Positions 63,195-64,000 of a DNA stretch of 64,000 nucleotides are shown here, piece by piece (the first letter of the stretch is position 1; every line of letters starts with the position of its first letter). The DNA comes from Yuukianura sp. NJ FZ-2021 (Eukaryota): positions 7,130,001 through 7,194,000 of the forward strand of contig CM102286.1 of the NCBI GenBank assembly GCA_046563655.1. Reading direction: 5' to 3'. Both the position numbers and the translations under genes were made by a program. The notes beneath the pieces are model-generated. The model worked only from the letters and a program-made list of their open reading frames with translations, was not told the origin of the DNA and did no database searches.

Positions 63195-63718
63195 ATGATA
63201 TGTGCCACTCCCTCGTATTCTTGACAATACAAACTAAGACACACAACATACAAATAGCGTGTATCAATAACAACTTAGATTTCGTTAGACTTAGATTAGA
63301 CTTTTTAATTTCAAACACAAATTTGGTCCTAAAAGTGAAAGTACCGATGTAAAGGCGATATAATTTTATATTTAGCACATATTGCATTCGGGAATTAAGG
63401 CATTCCGTTGCAACCCAAAATCTTTAGATAACTGGCGACAGATGACGCTAAAAGGAGGATCTTGAACTCTGTTTAGAGAAAGCCTTTGGTTTGTGTTTTG
63501 AAAAGTGAAATGTGAAATCTGGACAGGCGGGTATTAGGCGGACGGAAATCGGCTTACATGAGGTCCCTCGACTCGAACTTTTGCTCCATAATTGCAAAAC
63601 ATCAGCCTTAGCTTTTCCAATTACATCCTTGTTAGAGGTCCAAACAGGGATTGGGATTTAATCTTCCCTCTCGACTTTCTCCTCCTCTGTCAGTTTATTT
63701 CCATCTTAAGCAGGGATT

Positions 63719-63803
63719 TCAAGTGGTTTCTACCAAATAACTAAATCTTCTTTTCAATTGCACAATGGCGCAGCTCTGCCTTTCCAAATAAGTCAACAGT
63801 TCC
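63719..63803 (-). CDS. Possible terminal coding exon of a gene entering from the right edge
   Basis: Acceptor ttccag, then ELLTYLERQSCAIVQLKRRFSYLVETT*. No family recognised. Confidence 0.25.
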
Positions 63804-64000
63804 CTGGAATTTATTTATGTATAAAAAAATTACGTCAAAAATGACAACTAATCAAAACATTTCGGGTTTTAACCAACTTAATTTAGCTTGAATATTATGC
63901 GTATTTCCAGGAAAACATGTTTTAAAAGTCTGCTTGTACATGTTGTAATATAAATTTGAATGAGTAAATTTCATTTTTTTTTTAAATTTCATACAAAAAA

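Overview
AT-rich eukaryotic DNA with short spliceosomal introns (mostly about 55-130 bp). The gene content (beaten path, CFAP251, insect-like MIOX and carboxylesterase) points to an arthropod, possibly a springtail or other basal hexapod; that assignment is inference. From left to right the genes are: GIPC (-), two tandem secreted Kazal proteins with Pro/Tyr-rich tails (-), NOP53 (-), a carboxylesterase (+), a 100-aa 8-Cys defensin-like peptide with a putative GPI signal (-), CFAP251/WDR66 (-), a SERTA-domain gene (-), IMP3 (+), a divergent CHMP5 (-), a beaten path Ig gene (+), MIOX (+) and CENP-V (+). Mobile DNA comprises an intact BEL/Pao LTR retrotransposon with apparently identical LTRs inside a beat intron, a full-length highly structured tRNA-derived SINE with a 14-bp TSD, an 800-bp foldback element with an 8-bp TSD, and Helitron/hAT-like relics. 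The best leads for undescribed biology are the putative GPI-anchored drosomycin-like peptide, an RFX X-box upstream of the divergent CHMP5 (mirroring the one upstream of CFAP251), the Kazal plus YPT-repeat pair, and the structured SINE. All gene models were assembled by eye; no searches were run.
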